From: Candidatus Latescibacterota bacterium
Lineage (GTDB): Bacteria > Latescibacterota > UBA2968
Length of the DNA stretch: 64,000 nt
Assembly (NCBI GenBank): GCA_965205975.1
Contig: OZ242195.1
Location: forward strand, 4,192,001 to 4,256,000
Reading direction: 5' to 3'
The notes beneath the pieces were generated by a model that ran no database searches, was not told the DNA's origin, and worked only from the letters and a program-made list of their open reading frames with translations. This document shows, one piece after another, positions 20,101 through 31,364 of this stretch. The translations under genes and the position numbers were made by a program. The stretch's first letter is position 1. The number at the start of each line of letters is the position of its first letter.

Positions 20101-23100
20101 CCGGGAGGCGAATTCCTCAAGATCGCCCGGCATTTCCTCCGGCAGCGGATCTTCGGGTCCTATGACCACGACGAAGCCGTCTCCCGTCTCTTCCAAAACC
20201 CCCGATTTGGCGAGCATTTCGAGCATTCGGCGGAAGAGGCGCTTGTGTTCCTCGGTGACTTGCAGGCGTTGCCGCAAGTCTTCGGGATCCACGGTCTCGC
20301 CCGTCTTGCGCTGCCAACCCAGCTCTTTCAGGGTCGCGAGTGCGCGGGACCGGGACCACCGTTCCAGATCCGCGAGCAGAGCGTTCCTGCCTTCGGGATC
20401 GACGCCTGCATCTATCAGATAGTCGGAGAACAACTGCGAGCGGGCGGCAACAGTTGCCGGACCCGGGAAGAAGTCCGCGGGTGTTATTCCAGGTGAAAGG
20501 TCGCGCTCGCGCCACACCACCTCGTACAGGAGGTCCTTCACGCCTTCGACTGCCGAGAGCAGTGCTTCCTGCGTCGCCCGCTTCACCGTGTACCCGCTCA
20601 AACCACCGAGCGGAACGCCGTTCAGATCGTAGATGTTCAGTTCACCGCTCAGGACTTCCGGAGGTTCGTCCGTTTCTTGGGAAGCCTCACTCAAGCGCAC
20701 GTGACAGACGACCCGGTCCGGTAGCTGTCCCGTCAGCCACAGCCGCTCCCAGCCAAACGGCAGATATGTGGTTTCGCTCCCGGACCCCTCCAGGTTACGC
20801 GCCGCACCCACGACCTGAAAACAACCGTCCAGGACGAGCGGATGGACATCCAGTCCGTGTCCGGTCAGGGTTTCCGGCAGAGACACCTCGCCCAACGCCT
20901 CGCCCGCCCGGGACCAGACCTTCCCCAGCGTGCGGAAGAATGGACCGAGATCAACCCCGGTACTCGCCCTATGGCGGTAATAGCCCGCCACATCTACTGG
21001 AGAGAGGCCGGCCTTCAGACTTTCCAGATTGATCCTCTCACCTGCTTCCGGCAGAGGGGCACCTGACGACACGCGACCTTCCACGTGTACTGTCCATTCC
21101 CCTTCACTCCCCTTGCTGAATATCTGGACTTCGCGCGACGACGCCTGTTCAGAGGCGTCGAGCACGACCTGCATCTCTCTGCCCTCTTCATCCGTCTCGT
21201 CTTCGTCCTCGAAGACCATCGCGTTGTGCAACTGGAAATCCTCCACGACTACTGATCCGCTCTCTTCGAGGAACGCCGCCGCGCACGCCATGGCCCCGTA
21301 GAGCGCGCCAGGCGCTACGATCCGACCAAACACTTTGTGGTCGTTCAGGTAGGACGGGTCCGAGGGAAAAACTTCCGTCTCAAAGGTAATTTCTCCGCGG
21401 GCTGATTCGTGCCGGGCACCCAGTAGCGGGTGGTCGGAACTCCGGCGCTGACGCTTCGGTGGCTCAAGCCAGTGGTGTCTGCGCTGGAATGGGTAGCTGG
21501 GCAGGGAGATCCGCCGCCGCGTCTCCCCTGCGAAGAGTCCTGCGAAACGAATCGAGAGTCCCGCCTGGTACGCTTCTGCGACCGATCCCACGAAACCGTC
21601 AGTGTTTCCCGATTTCTCTGCGTTGTCCGACGGCGGGGAAAGGCTCGACAGCACTGCCGGTGTCTGCGGCGACTCCGGCCAGGCGGAGGCCGCCATTGGA
21701 GCCAGCACGGACCGCGGGCCGATTTCCAGCACCACATCGACCCCGAGATCCGCCAATGTTTTCACCCCTTGGGCAAATGCCACCGGCTCCCGGGCATGCC
21801 GCCTCCAGTAGGCTCCGTCCTGCGTCTGGTCCGGTTCTACGGCTCTACCCGTCAGGTTGCTGACCACGGTAAGGGAGGGCGATTGGATCGCCACGCCGTT
21901 GAGGGATGTTTCCAGTTCGTCCAGGATAGGCTCTACCAGCGCGCTGTGGAACGCCTTGGTTGTGTTCAGCCGCCTGACCCGTATGCCTTCTTGTTCGAAT
22001 CGCTTCGAGATCTCTTCAATTCTCGCAATCGGGCCGCTGACCACCTGGTGGTTCCCGTTGTATCCCGAGATGCTCAATCCGGCGCCAGAGGAGGCTGCGT
22101 TTACCGTCTCCACTTCCACCGCTACGTGATCGGCTGGTGCGAAGACCGCGGCCATGCCGCCCTCTTCCATCTGCGACATCAGCGCGCCTCGTACGGCGGC
22201 AAATCGCATCCCGTCCTCAAGACTGAACACGCCTGCTGCCTGCGACGCCGCGAGTTCTCCGATGCTGTGTCCGACGACCACATCGGGACGGATGCCGACG
22301 CTCGACCAGAGCGCTGTCAGTGCGCACTCCAGCGCGTAGAGAGCAGGCTGCTCCCAAGCCGTGTCGCCGAGTTCCCCTCCGACATTCCTGAACATCACGT
22401 CCAAAAGCGAGGTGCCTCTCTCCTGAAGAAGGACCGCCTCGCAGCGGTCCAGTACCGCCCGCGCCACTGGCTCGCTCTCGTAGAGTCCCTGTCCCATGCC
22501 GACCCACTGGCTTCCCTGTCCGGTGTAGGCGAATGCCACCCGGGTCGGTGTCCGCGACGACGCGCCCCCATCTATTTCCGCCAGTTCACGGAGGTGCTCC
22601 CGTAGAGATTCCGCGTCGTGGAAAACGACGCCCGCGCGGTGGTTGAAGTGACTCCGGCCCACACCCGCTGTCCACGCCATGTCCGCAAGTATCGCCTCAT
22701 CTTCTTCGTCGGCGTGTTCGTCGAGCCATGAAAGGTACCGCCCTCCCAGGTCCCGAAGTGCCCCATCGGATTTTCCCGACAGCGGAAGGAGACGGGTCTG
22801 GCGCGGCTGGACTTCCTGCTCTGGCAGCGGCAGATCCCCAATGGTCGCTGGCAGCGAGACTACCACTGGCTTCGCGGAGCCAACAGCAGTGGATGTACCA
22901 TCCGAAGCACGGTATTCCTCCATTACGATGTGGGCATTCGTCCCGGATATTCCGAAGGAGTTCACCCCTGCGAGTCGCGGTCGATCAGGACGGTGGGGTA
23001 AGTCCATCATAGACGATGTCACCCGCAATGGTAGGCTGTCCCAGTCGAGACTCGGGTTGGGATTATGGAAATGGAGGTGTTTTGGAATCTCTCCCCGCTT

Positions 23101-24222
23101 CAGTACCAGCGCGGCTTTGATCACTCCGGCTACGCCTGCGGCCGACTCCAGATGGCCGACATTGGTCTTAACGGAACCGACGAGAAGGGGTCGGTCAGAG
23201 GAACGACCCTTGCCATAGACATTGGCCACAGCGTTGATCTCGATGGGATCCCCCACCGTCGTTCCGGTCCCGTGCGCCTCCAGGTAATCTACGTCCGATG
23301 GGGGGATTCCCGCGTCGGACAGCGCGGTCTCGATTACTTCCTCCAGCGCGGGTGTGTTCGGCACCGTTAGCCCCGTACTGGCTCCGCCGTGGTTCACCGC
23401 CGCGCCCCGGATCACCGCCCAGATCCGATCGCCGTCCGCCTCTGCCTCATCGAGCCGCTTGAGGATGACGACCCCGCAGCCTTCACCGCGCACGTAACCG
23501 TTCGCGGACGCGTCAAAGGTTTTGCACTGTCCATCTGGAGACAGCATCATCGCATCCGCGCGCAGTTCGTAGATGCGACCGTTCAGAATCGCCTGTACGC
23601 CGCCTGCAATAGCAAGATCCGCTTTGCCCTGCTGCAGATCTGCCACCGCGTCGTGGACTGATACCATGGATGACGCACACGCGGCATCTACTGCCTTTGC
23701 CGGTCCTCTTAGCCCCAGCACGAAAGAGACCCGCCCGCTGGCGCCATTCAGGTTGGTGCCGCTGAGGGCGTAGAGACAGCTTGCGGCCTCAGCGGGCTTG
23801 CTCGAGTCCACGACCAGCATTCGGTATTCGTCGTTGCTGATCCCGGTGTACACGCCAGTGCGGCTCTCTCTCAACTCCTCCGGATCGATTCCCGCGTCCT
23901 CAAGAGCCTCCCAGCTCGTCTCCAGCATCATTCGCTGCTGCGGATCCAGCAGTTCCGCCTCCACCGGCGAAATCCGGAAGAAGGCGTCGTCGAACTGGTC
24001 GATGTCGTCAACGAAGGCGCCGAAACGGCAACCTTCGCTCTGCACCACATCGTCGGGAAAAAGCAGGCCCCAGCGCCCTATGCCTGAACCCGGGATTCCT
24101 TCGCTGACGGCATTCCCGCCAGCTTCGAGCAGTCGCCAGAAGGCAGAGATGTCCGCCGCGCCGGGAAATCGGCAGGCCATACCTATGATCGCTATCGGTT
24201 GGTCTGATTTGTCCGGTTTCAT
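14189..24222 (-). CDS. supA: Sup-type type I PKS (KS-AT-DH-cMT-ER-KR-ACP-KS-degenerate AT), ~3344 aa, split by a 1-nt deletion near 19666
   Basis: DAACASS/HGTGT KS; GHSIG AT; HPLLG DH; EVGAGTG MT; LIHAGSGGVG ER; VTGGLGGIG KR; GMDSL ACP; second KS LNCASS; GHGIG AT. Restoring a C in GCC(C)AT gives GFDAHSYDLLIASNVLHAT and fuses the two ORFs. Confidence 0.92.
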
Positions 24223-24248
24223 TATTAATTCTCCATGTTCGTACTGGT

Positions 24249-25175
24249 TTATAACAGGTCATTACTCTCGATAAACTCTCGGACCATCTCAACGCACGCC
24301 TCTGGTTTTTCCAATTGAAGAAAGTGCGTTGTCTCAGGCACGAAATCGTAATCTACAGTCAGAATGTCACCAAGGTCAATTGTCGGCAGGAATGTATAAG
24401 GTAAGGTGGGATCGGATCCGATGACTTTTGTGGGGCAAGGGAGTGTTTCAAAATCCATCAATGCGGAAAAGCTTCTCATATAATCGACGATCTGCGCTTC
24501 GTAGTCGCGAGGACATCGAAGTTCATAACCCTGTCCATCGGCGGCCTTTTGAAGCGTTGTTCTGGCCATGAGTTCTCGAGACCCAGGAACGAGGCGCGAG
24601 AAGCCGGGCAGAAAGCTGAGGAGTTCTGCAAAATCCTCTTCTGTTTGGAACAGATACCCGCGGCGGCGGGTGACTTCGGCTGCGTATTCGGCAGCCTCAT
24701 CAAATTCTATCTGGCTATTACCGGGCTTGCACAGGGGGGGATCGAATAGTATCATCGCGGATAAATGGCCGCTTTGGGCAGATGGCCCGAGGTCTGCCAT
24801 AGTCGTTAGTGATAGGAGTGTTATCAGTGCGGAAGCAGAGTGAAATATACCGGTTTTTGGTTTGTTTTCGTAGTGATGGTCAATGGCTTCAAAAATACAG
24901 AGATGGTCGCGGACCAGCGTTGGAACATTGTGATTTGCGCGTGGACCAACGGTATTCCAGCCGTGGTTTCTGAGGTCGAAGATGATGAGGTCGAAATCAT
25001 CGGCGAGCAGTGACCAGAAGGGGTAGTAGAGATCGCTTGCGAGGCCATTGCCGTGGCTCAGAACGAGGCGTGGTCCTTCGGGATTTCCATGCTGGCGCAG
25101 AATGGTGACGGTGTCGTCGTCGAGTTGGACTTCACATGTCGAAAGAGGTTCGGGTATTTCCCACACATTATTCAT
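24249..25175 (-). CDS. supD: Alpha/beta hydrolase of the sup cluster
   Basis: LSHGNG, FDLRNHGW, IFHSAS, THFLQLE; directly upstream of the PKS. Confidence 0.8.
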   Translation of the reverse strand: MNNVWEIPEPLSTCEVQLDDDTVTILRQHGNPEGPRLVLSHGNGLASDLYYPFWSLLADDFDLIIFDLRNHGWNTVGPRANHNVPTLVRDHLCIFEAIDHHYENKPKTGIFHSASALITLLSLTTMADLGPSAQSGHLSAMILFDPPLCKPGNSQIEFDEAAEYAAEVTRRRGYLFQTEEDFAELLSFLPGFSRLVPGSRELMARTTLQKAADGQGYELRCPRDYEAQIVDYMRSFSALMDFETLPCPTKVIGSDPTLPYTFLPTIDLGDILTVDYDFVPETTHFLQLEKPEACVEMVREFIESNDLL

Positions 25176-25465
25176 AGCAGGATTTCCAATGGCATTAGTA
25201 ATAAAGAAAGGCACGCAGCACCACACGACACAAATGCGTCGAGGACGAGCGTGCCATGTTATGCAGTTATAGGAAGTCGTGCAAGGATATTTTTTACTAA
25301 CGTTTGTCAGAAATATAAAACAAAAATCACGCATAGCCCTTGACAGAGTGTTTGGAAAGATGTTGTTTTACAGAGTGTTAGTGGTAAGAAGTAATCATGG
25401 ATTAATGGTAGGCCCGTTATCGCTTTGCTATGCCTATAAATAGATTCTTACGCGGAGGCGTTTCC

Positions 25466-26689
25466 ATGTACATCCTCATGATCACTTTATCAATTGCCTC
25501 ACTCTTCCTGACGGGCAGTGGCTTTGCTGCCGATTGGCCGCAGTGGTTTGGTCCCAATCGCGATGGGATTTCCTCTGAGACAGGCGTGCTCAAAAACTGG
25601 CCTGATTCCGGGCCTGCTGTTCTCTGGCGAATCCCGCTGGGCGAGGGTTTTTCGAGCATTGCCGTTGCACGGGGCGCAGCTTATACTATGTTTGCTGAAG
25701 GCAAAGATGAGTACGCGGTATGTCTGGATGCTGCTACAGGGGAAGAGCGCTGGCGCGTTAAGACGGGAAGCAATTTTTCGGACTGGCAGGGCGGGAATGG
25801 TCCCAGATCGACTCCCATAATTGACAAAGAACGGGCCTTCTTTTTGGGAGCAAACGGACAACTTTATGCACTCAATGTTGAGGACGGCGAAACGGTATGG
25901 TCTCACCATTTACAGACTGAATACATAAGTGATCCCCCTCACTGGGGCTTTTCTACTTCCCCTTTGATAGAAGGTGACCTGCTGATTGTCGAGGTTGGGG
26001 GTTCCTCTGGAAACTCTTTTATTGCCTTTGATAAAACCACCGGCAATGTCGTATGGGCTTCTCAAGATGACGCGCCTTCTTATGCTTCACCCATTGCTAT
26101 TACTGTGTCTGATGTTCGGCAAATTGTCTTTTTTCCAGCCTCTGGCCTGGTTGGTGTCGCAGCCAGAGATGGCCGATTTCTGTGGCGATATCCCTGGCAA
26201 ACGGGTCCCGATGTCAATGCCGCTACGCCTGTTTTTCTCGCTCCGGATAGACTTTTTATCTCTTCGGGGTATGGCAAAGGCGCGACGGTTATTCAGCTTA
26301 TTTCCCAGAACGGTCAGTTTTCGGTAAAAAAAGTATGGTTCAATCGGGGTATGAAAAATCACTTTGCCTCTTCCATACATCACGAAGGGTACCTCTATGG
26401 CTTTGACAACGCCATTCTCAAGTGCATTGCCGCGGATACCGGGCAGGAGCAATGGCGCAAACGCGGCTTTCAAAAGGGGTCACTCATCTTTGCGGACGGG
26501 TATTTGATCGCCCTGGGCGAACAGGGTAAGCTGGCTCTGGTAGAAGCTACACCTGAAGCGTACATAGAAAAAGCCAGTGCTCAGGTTTTGTCGCCCCGCT
26601 GCTGGACGCCACCCACGCTGGCGAATGGCAGGCTTTATCTTCGAAACCACAGTGAGATGGTTTGTTTGGAAGTGGGAAGTGGGAAGTGA
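25466..26689 (+). CDS. Secreted PQQ-binding-like beta-propeller protein
   Basis: Signal peptide, ADWPQWFGPNRDG, repeated CLDAATGEERW motifs; RBS GGAGG. Confidence 0.9.
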   Translation: MYILMITLSIASLFLTGSGFAADWPQWFGPNRDGISSETGVLKNWPDSGPAVLWRIPLGEGFSSIAVARGAAYTMFAEGKDEYAVCLDAATGEERWRVKTGSNFSDWQGGNGPRSTPIIDKERAFFLGANGQLYALNVEDGETVWSHHLQTEYISDPPHWGFSTSPLIEGDLLIVEVGGSSGNSFIAFDKTTGNVVWASQDDAPSYASPIAITVSDVRQIVFFPASGLVGVAARDGRFLWRYPWQTGPDVNAATPVFLAPDRLFISSGYGKGATVIQLISQNGQFSVKKVWFNRGMKNHFASSIHHEGYLYGFDNAILKCIAADTGQEQWRKRGFQKGSLIFADGYLIALGEQGKLALVEATPEAYIEKASAQVLSPRCWTPPTLANGRLYLRNHSEMVCLEVGSGK

Positions 26690-26734
26690 GAGGGACTGGG
26701 GGTTGGTCCTGCAATTGTAAATAGGGACCGTCCC

Positions 26735-29323
26735 CTACTTCTTATCGCCTATTGCTACCCAAACATCTTTTGTCGCTGTTGGTTTCCCCGGGCGGCTCAG
26801 ATCGGTTACGGTTACGCCTATCGTGAGTTTTTGTCCCGGTTTTGCCGCTACATTGAGGGCAACATATACGGGTTCTGTTTCCGTGTTGCCCCGATGTTCA
26901 TAAGATACCTGTACCCCTTCTTGCTTTTCAGATATGCCCAGAAATGTGCCGATACCTTTTAGCAATCTGGCACTGGCATTTTTGCTGCCGCGTACAGCAT
27001 AATCCACGCGATAATGCGTTTGTCCTGTGTCATCTCGGAAGAGGTTGTACACTTTATAGTACAGATAGACTGGCTGTTCCGGGGCAAAGGTGTGTGACGG
27101 CAGGGGGAGCACTTCGAGTTCGTCTCGGACGAATTTGCCTTCTGCACGGGCTTCTATTGTTGTAATTTTTCCCGCCACGACAAGGTCGCTTACCATCAGG
27201 GTCGGGGCGTTATATGCTTCTACATCGACGAGTTGTCGGTGGATTTGCAATTTTCCCGAGGCAGGGTCGGACACTCGTACAGCCATGAGATAGTGGCCGG
27301 GTTTAACTTCTGTTGTGACCTGATCCACCCATAAAACGCCGGGGTCGTCAACGGTTTCGGGCTGTGTTGCTCGCGTGTTCAGGCTGTCGCGGGCAATTTC
27401 TGTTCCCTGTGCGTCATAGAGGACCCACATTCGATTCACCGAAGCCGATATCTGTGTTCCCCGTTTTTGCGTTTTCAGTACGGCCCAGGGTATGCCGATA
27501 AAGGCATCCAGGCGCGTATCGCGTCCATTTCCCTGGAAATCTGCGACCGACATAAGCAGCGGCATTGGGTCTCCGGGATATGGATAGTGGTAAACAGAGG
27601 GCGTGCGGTTGACGACCCGTGCGACCACGGCTTCGGGTGCGAGGTGTTGCCACAGCAATCGATTGGGCGAGTCAACAGGCGGCTGGGGAAATTGAAAATC
27701 AAAACTGCCCAGGGCATCGAGGAATGTCACTTCAAATCCCTCGCCAATATGGGCGTAAATCCAGGTTTCCCACTTGTAGTTCAAAGACGCGCCATCTCGA
27801 AATAATGCCCCCTGGTGCGGCATGGGAAATATCGGCAGCCCCCGTACTTCGGGTGTCACCTTCATTACCGTGCTTGCGCCCAAAGACGATTCTATCTGTA
27901 GCGATGTCGTGGGAACGATTTCGTGCAGTGCTTGTCCCGCGAGGTCCATGAGTCGGTTTTTTACCCGAATCACTTTTGCATTGGTTTCGAATACGAGGTG
28001 ATCGGACCAGCTTCTGTGATCGGGATGACCAAATCGGATATATACATCGCCGCGCGCATCCCAGGGTATTCGGCCTTCGGAAAAGTTCTGTATCGCGTAA
28101 TTGACGCGCCGGTAGTGTTCCAACCTGCGCTCGTTAACCAGTGTGGTGGGTGTTGGGTCTATTTTGCGCCAGAACAAGTTGGTAAATGCGCGTTTTTCAT
28201 CTCCCTCGATCATGCGAAAGGTCTCAAATTCTTTTGCGGACAGGAGCAGGGTGACATCTTCGTACAGGTCGCGTTCATTTTGCGGCAGGATGGATAAAAA
28301 TTGCGAAAATGACGCTTCGGCCTGTTCGTACGCACCCGATTCCAGATATTGTGCGCCCAAAAGCGGCAGATAACGCTCGGGGTCTTTTTGGGCGAGATCG
28401 CGCAATTCTGTGGTGGTGTGCAATTCTTGTTTCAAATACTTCAATTCCATAGCCACGCGCGCCAACCTGCCCCTTGCCACGCTGTGCGCTGGATTTACAG
28501 CGACTTGCTTTGACAATGCCTTGACGGCTTTTTCAAAATAATAGAGCGATTCGTAAAATGTCCCCAGCTTGAAATACGCATCGCGGTGTTGGGGAAACCG
28601 CTTGACCACGTTGCTAAAATGATGGTCCATATCCACGCTACGCATCGCCAGGTGACACATCGCCAGATTGTAATACGCCGCCTCGTATTTCGAATCGAGA
28701 GATACGGTGTCCTGGAAAAGGTCCAGTGCGCGGCGCACCTGTTTTTTCTGGATCAAGCACGCCAGTGCCCGCCCGTGTCGCGCGATGAGAAACCGCCGAT
28801 CTTTTTCCAGTACGCGCACAAAAATGCGTTCTGCTTCTACGCCTTTGTGTTGCTCTAACAAACAATATCCCAGCGCGCACAGGGCGAGGCGGTCGTTGGC
28901 ATCGTCCTGTAGCATCCGTTCAAATAGTGCAACAGCGTCGTCGAGCAGGGCGGCATCTGGTGGTGTGGCGCGCGTTTTATAGCGCTGGGGTATCAATCGA
29001 CCGCGTTCAAAAAAAGCGTCTGATACCGTCAGGTAGCGACGCCCGCTGTGATACCCGTAATAAAAATCCAGTACTACGGGATTGTGTCGTTGCCAGAAGT
29101 CGATTAAAAATTGCGCTTTCTCCTCTCGCTGCAATGCCCGATATACGGCTGCGCTGTCTGGTCCGGCGCGTTCTGCGACTATAACCGCAGCGAACGAATC
29201 TGCCCGTGCATCGAAGCTTTCCTGCAGGCGATCTGCCCAGACAGGCACACATATCATGGCAAATGCACACGCGATAAAGATGCGTTCACAGATGGAGCGA
29301 ATGTTTCTTTTGCCGTTACACAT
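26735..29323 (-). CDS. Secreted TPR + GWxTD-domain protein
   Basis: Signal peptide, TPR repeats, FWRKIDPTPTT..NERRLEHYRRVNYA..WDARGDVYIRFGHPD. Confidence 0.85.
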   Translation of the reverse strand: MCNGKRNIRSICERIFIACAFAMICVPVWADRLQESFDARADSFAAVIVAERAGPDSAAVYRALQREEKAQFLIDFWQRHNPVVLDFYYGYHSGRRYLTVSDAFFERGRLIPQRYKTRATPPDAALLDDAVALFERMLQDDANDRLALCALGYCLLEQHKGVEAERIFVRVLEKDRRFLIARHGRALACLIQKKQVRRALDLFQDTVSLDSKYEAAYYNLAMCHLAMRSVDMDHHFSNVVKRFPQHRDAYFKLGTFYESLYYFEKAVKALSKQVAVNPAHSVARGRLARVAMELKYLKQELHTTTELRDLAQKDPERYLPLLGAQYLESGAYEQAEASFSQFLSILPQNERDLYEDVTLLLSAKEFETFRMIEGDEKRAFTNLFWRKIDPTPTTLVNERRLEHYRRVNYAIQNFSEGRIPWDARGDVYIRFGHPDHRSWSDHLVFETNAKVIRVKNRLMDLAGQALHEIVPTTSLQIESSLGASTVMKVTPEVRGLPIFPMPHQGALFRDGASLNYKWETWIYAHIGEGFEVTFLDALGSFDFQFPQPPVDSPNRLLWQHLAPEAVVARVVNRTPSVYHYPYPGDPMPLLMSVADFQGNGRDTRLDAFIGIPWAVLKTQKRGTQISASVNRMWVLYDAQGTEIARDSLNTRATQPETVDDPGVLWVDQVTTEVKPGHYLMAVRVSDPASGKLQIHRQLVDVEAYNAPTLMVSDLVVAGKITTIEARAEGKFVRDELEVLPLPSHTFAPEQPVYLYYKVYNLFRDDTGQTHYRVDYAVRGSKNASARLLKGIGTFLGISEKQEGVQVSYEHRGNTETEPVYVALNVAAKPGQKLTIGVTVTDLSRPGKPTATKDVWVAIGDKK

Positions 29324-29333
29324 GGCGTAGCCT

Positions 29334-31286
29334 CTAATACAATGCCAGCGAATGTCCTTGCTCTGGGAACCATATACAATCTACCAGAAACGACACAAAT
29401 ACGCCCGTGAAATACCCCACCATAAGTCCCAGGAAAAACGGCGATGCTTTGCGGTACAGATCAATGCCGCCCGCCCGCAAGATGACAAATTTGGAAAACC
29501 ATGCAAAGAAGATCGAGAATACAATGCGGTTGACGGGATACGCTGTTACGGCGGCAAATCCGATCGGATGCAAGGGCCACCAGGGCCATATATAGCGCAA
29601 GGATAGCATCAATGCCGTGGTTGCCATTCCAATGAGCGCGATGAGCATGCGCTCGCGCTTCAGGGCAAAGGGGTCCCGAATATGACCGGCTATGGTATCA
29701 AAAGTGTTTTGCACATAGGGACCGTAAATGCCGCCGTAATTAAATGCGCCGGTTACATAGCTCGATGATATTTGATAATACGCGCTTGTGGTTATCACCA
29801 CCAGCATGGCCAGTCCCAGGGCGATGACCAGGCGCGTTCTTTCGTGTCGGATGCTGTCGTAAAGCCGCGTGGCATTGGCTAGGTTGGCCATCAATATGGT
29901 TTTGATATCGTGGTGCCATGTTTCTGTGAGGGCAAATGCCGCCATTCCCGATGGGGAAATATTTACGGGACCGAGCAGGTGATATGCGACAAATTGTCCC
30001 TGTATCATGCGGCTGCTGATCATGCCGCCTTCCACGCAGACGCGCGTGATGCCCAACCAGATCACGCCGACAAGGCTCAAAAAAATCAGGGCGACAAAGA
30101 CCGACATGCCCGATGCCACACACCAGCCCAAAATAAATAGCCCGCTCGCCAACAGGCCGCCAAGTGCTGCGCGGTAGGACAATAATTCGCCCGAGTCTTC
30201 GACATTTCGCGCATTGAGTACGGCTTTGCGAAATACGTTGCTCAAATGTTCTCGCGCCATCCACAAGCTCCACGGCACCAGCACGCACAGGGCACCAAAT
30301 CCCTGCCAGTTTTCGAATTGCGATGCCGGCCACACATGGGTTGGGCCTATTTCGATTCCCAGGCGGTTGAACAATCCCATTTCAAGGGTCAATAACAGGT
30401 GAAAGACGATGATGCTAAGCAATACATCCAGGTCCATAAAATACGATACGCCAATAATTACGGGGTAAAACCGCATGTGAATCGGTGGGGAATACTGACC
30501 AAATTCCATCAATCCCAGATAGTAGGGAATGGTTGGAAAAAGCGGCTGGAAATAGCCAACCATGTTCCAGTATATGGGAAATGAGGCGAGCGCGAATCCC
30601 CACCAGAATACGGGGCGATTCATTATGCCCACGGGCCAGAATCCACGCGGTTCTCTGTTGACGAGTTCCAGTGGCAATGTCATCAATGGAAATGTCAGAC
30701 GCTCGTGTTCCACCCATTGTTTGCGCAGGATTGAAACCGCGCAGAATCCAAATACGCCGATCATAAATACCAGGCTCAATCGCCAGATCATCGGCGTTAT
30801 CCAGATTTCCCAGGGGATGGTTGCGCCGGCTGGCAGTCCTTCAAAAAACCACCGCGCAGCCGTCACATCGGTTACGACCGCCCAGTCGGGCAAATACGGA
30901 TGTATGTCGTCTGCCCATCGGTTCTCTGTGTTGGCAAAGTAAAATGGCGCTGAGACGTTGGCGATCAAATGTCCCATGAAATAGCTGGGCAATGCCGATG
31001 CGACCAGGCCCATGCTGAAGATGACCAGCAATTCCGATGGGCGCAAGACCCATTGCGGGCGCACTTTTTCCAGGACTTTGTTCAATACGACTGCTATTAT
31101 CAAAAATGGCACGACTGCGCCCCAGGGCAGGTGGTCCTGTGCCATTTTTGTCGTGTGGGCAATGTGTCGCGTAAAATGTCCGCCCCATCCGAGGAAGCCC
31201 GCGCACATGGCTCCTATCAGTATTGACCGCGCGGTTACGGCGCGTTGAAGAGGTGCTGTCTGTGTTTGTGTTTCGCGAATCGCCAT
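29334..31286 (-). CDS. DUF6785/DUF6784-like multi-pass membrane protein (putative transporter), paralog 1
   Basis: ILRKQWVEHERLTFPL, WPWWPLHPIGF, PFFLGLMVG; many TM helices. Confidence 0.8.
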   Translation of the reverse strand: MAIRETQTQTAPLQRAVTARSILIGAMCAGFLGWGGHFTRHIAHTTKMAQDHLPWGAVVPFLIIAVVLNKVLEKVRPQWVLRPSELLVIFSMGLVASALPSYFMGHLIANVSAPFYFANTENRWADDIHPYLPDWAVVTDVTAARWFFEGLPAGATIPWEIWITPMIWRLSLVFMIGVFGFCAVSILRKQWVEHERLTFPLMTLPLELVNREPRGFWPVGIMNRPVFWWGFALASFPIYWNMVGYFQPLFPTIPYYLGLMEFGQYSPPIHMRFYPVIIGVSYFMDLDVLLSIIVFHLLLTLEMGLFNRLGIEIGPTHVWPASQFENWQGFGALCVLVPWSLWMAREHLSNVFRKAVLNARNVEDSGELLSYRAALGGLLASGLFILGWCVASGMSVFVALIFLSLVGVIWLGITRVCVEGGMISSRMIQGQFVAYHLLGPVNISPSGMAAFALTETWHHDIKTILMANLANATRLYDSIRHERTRLVIALGLAMLVVITTSAYYQISSSYVTGAFNYGGIYGPYVQNTFDTIAGHIRDPFALKRERMLIALIGMATTALMLSLRYIWPWWPLHPIGFAAVTAYPVNRIVFSIFFAWFSKFVILRAGGIDLYRKASPFFLGLMVGYFTGVFVSFLVDCIWFPEQGHSLALY

Positions 31287-31364
31287 TGAGGCACTCCATG
31301 TCGCGGATGATGCGGGTGGAAACGGGGGCAATATACGTATGGCAATATCTGGTGTCTATCTAAT

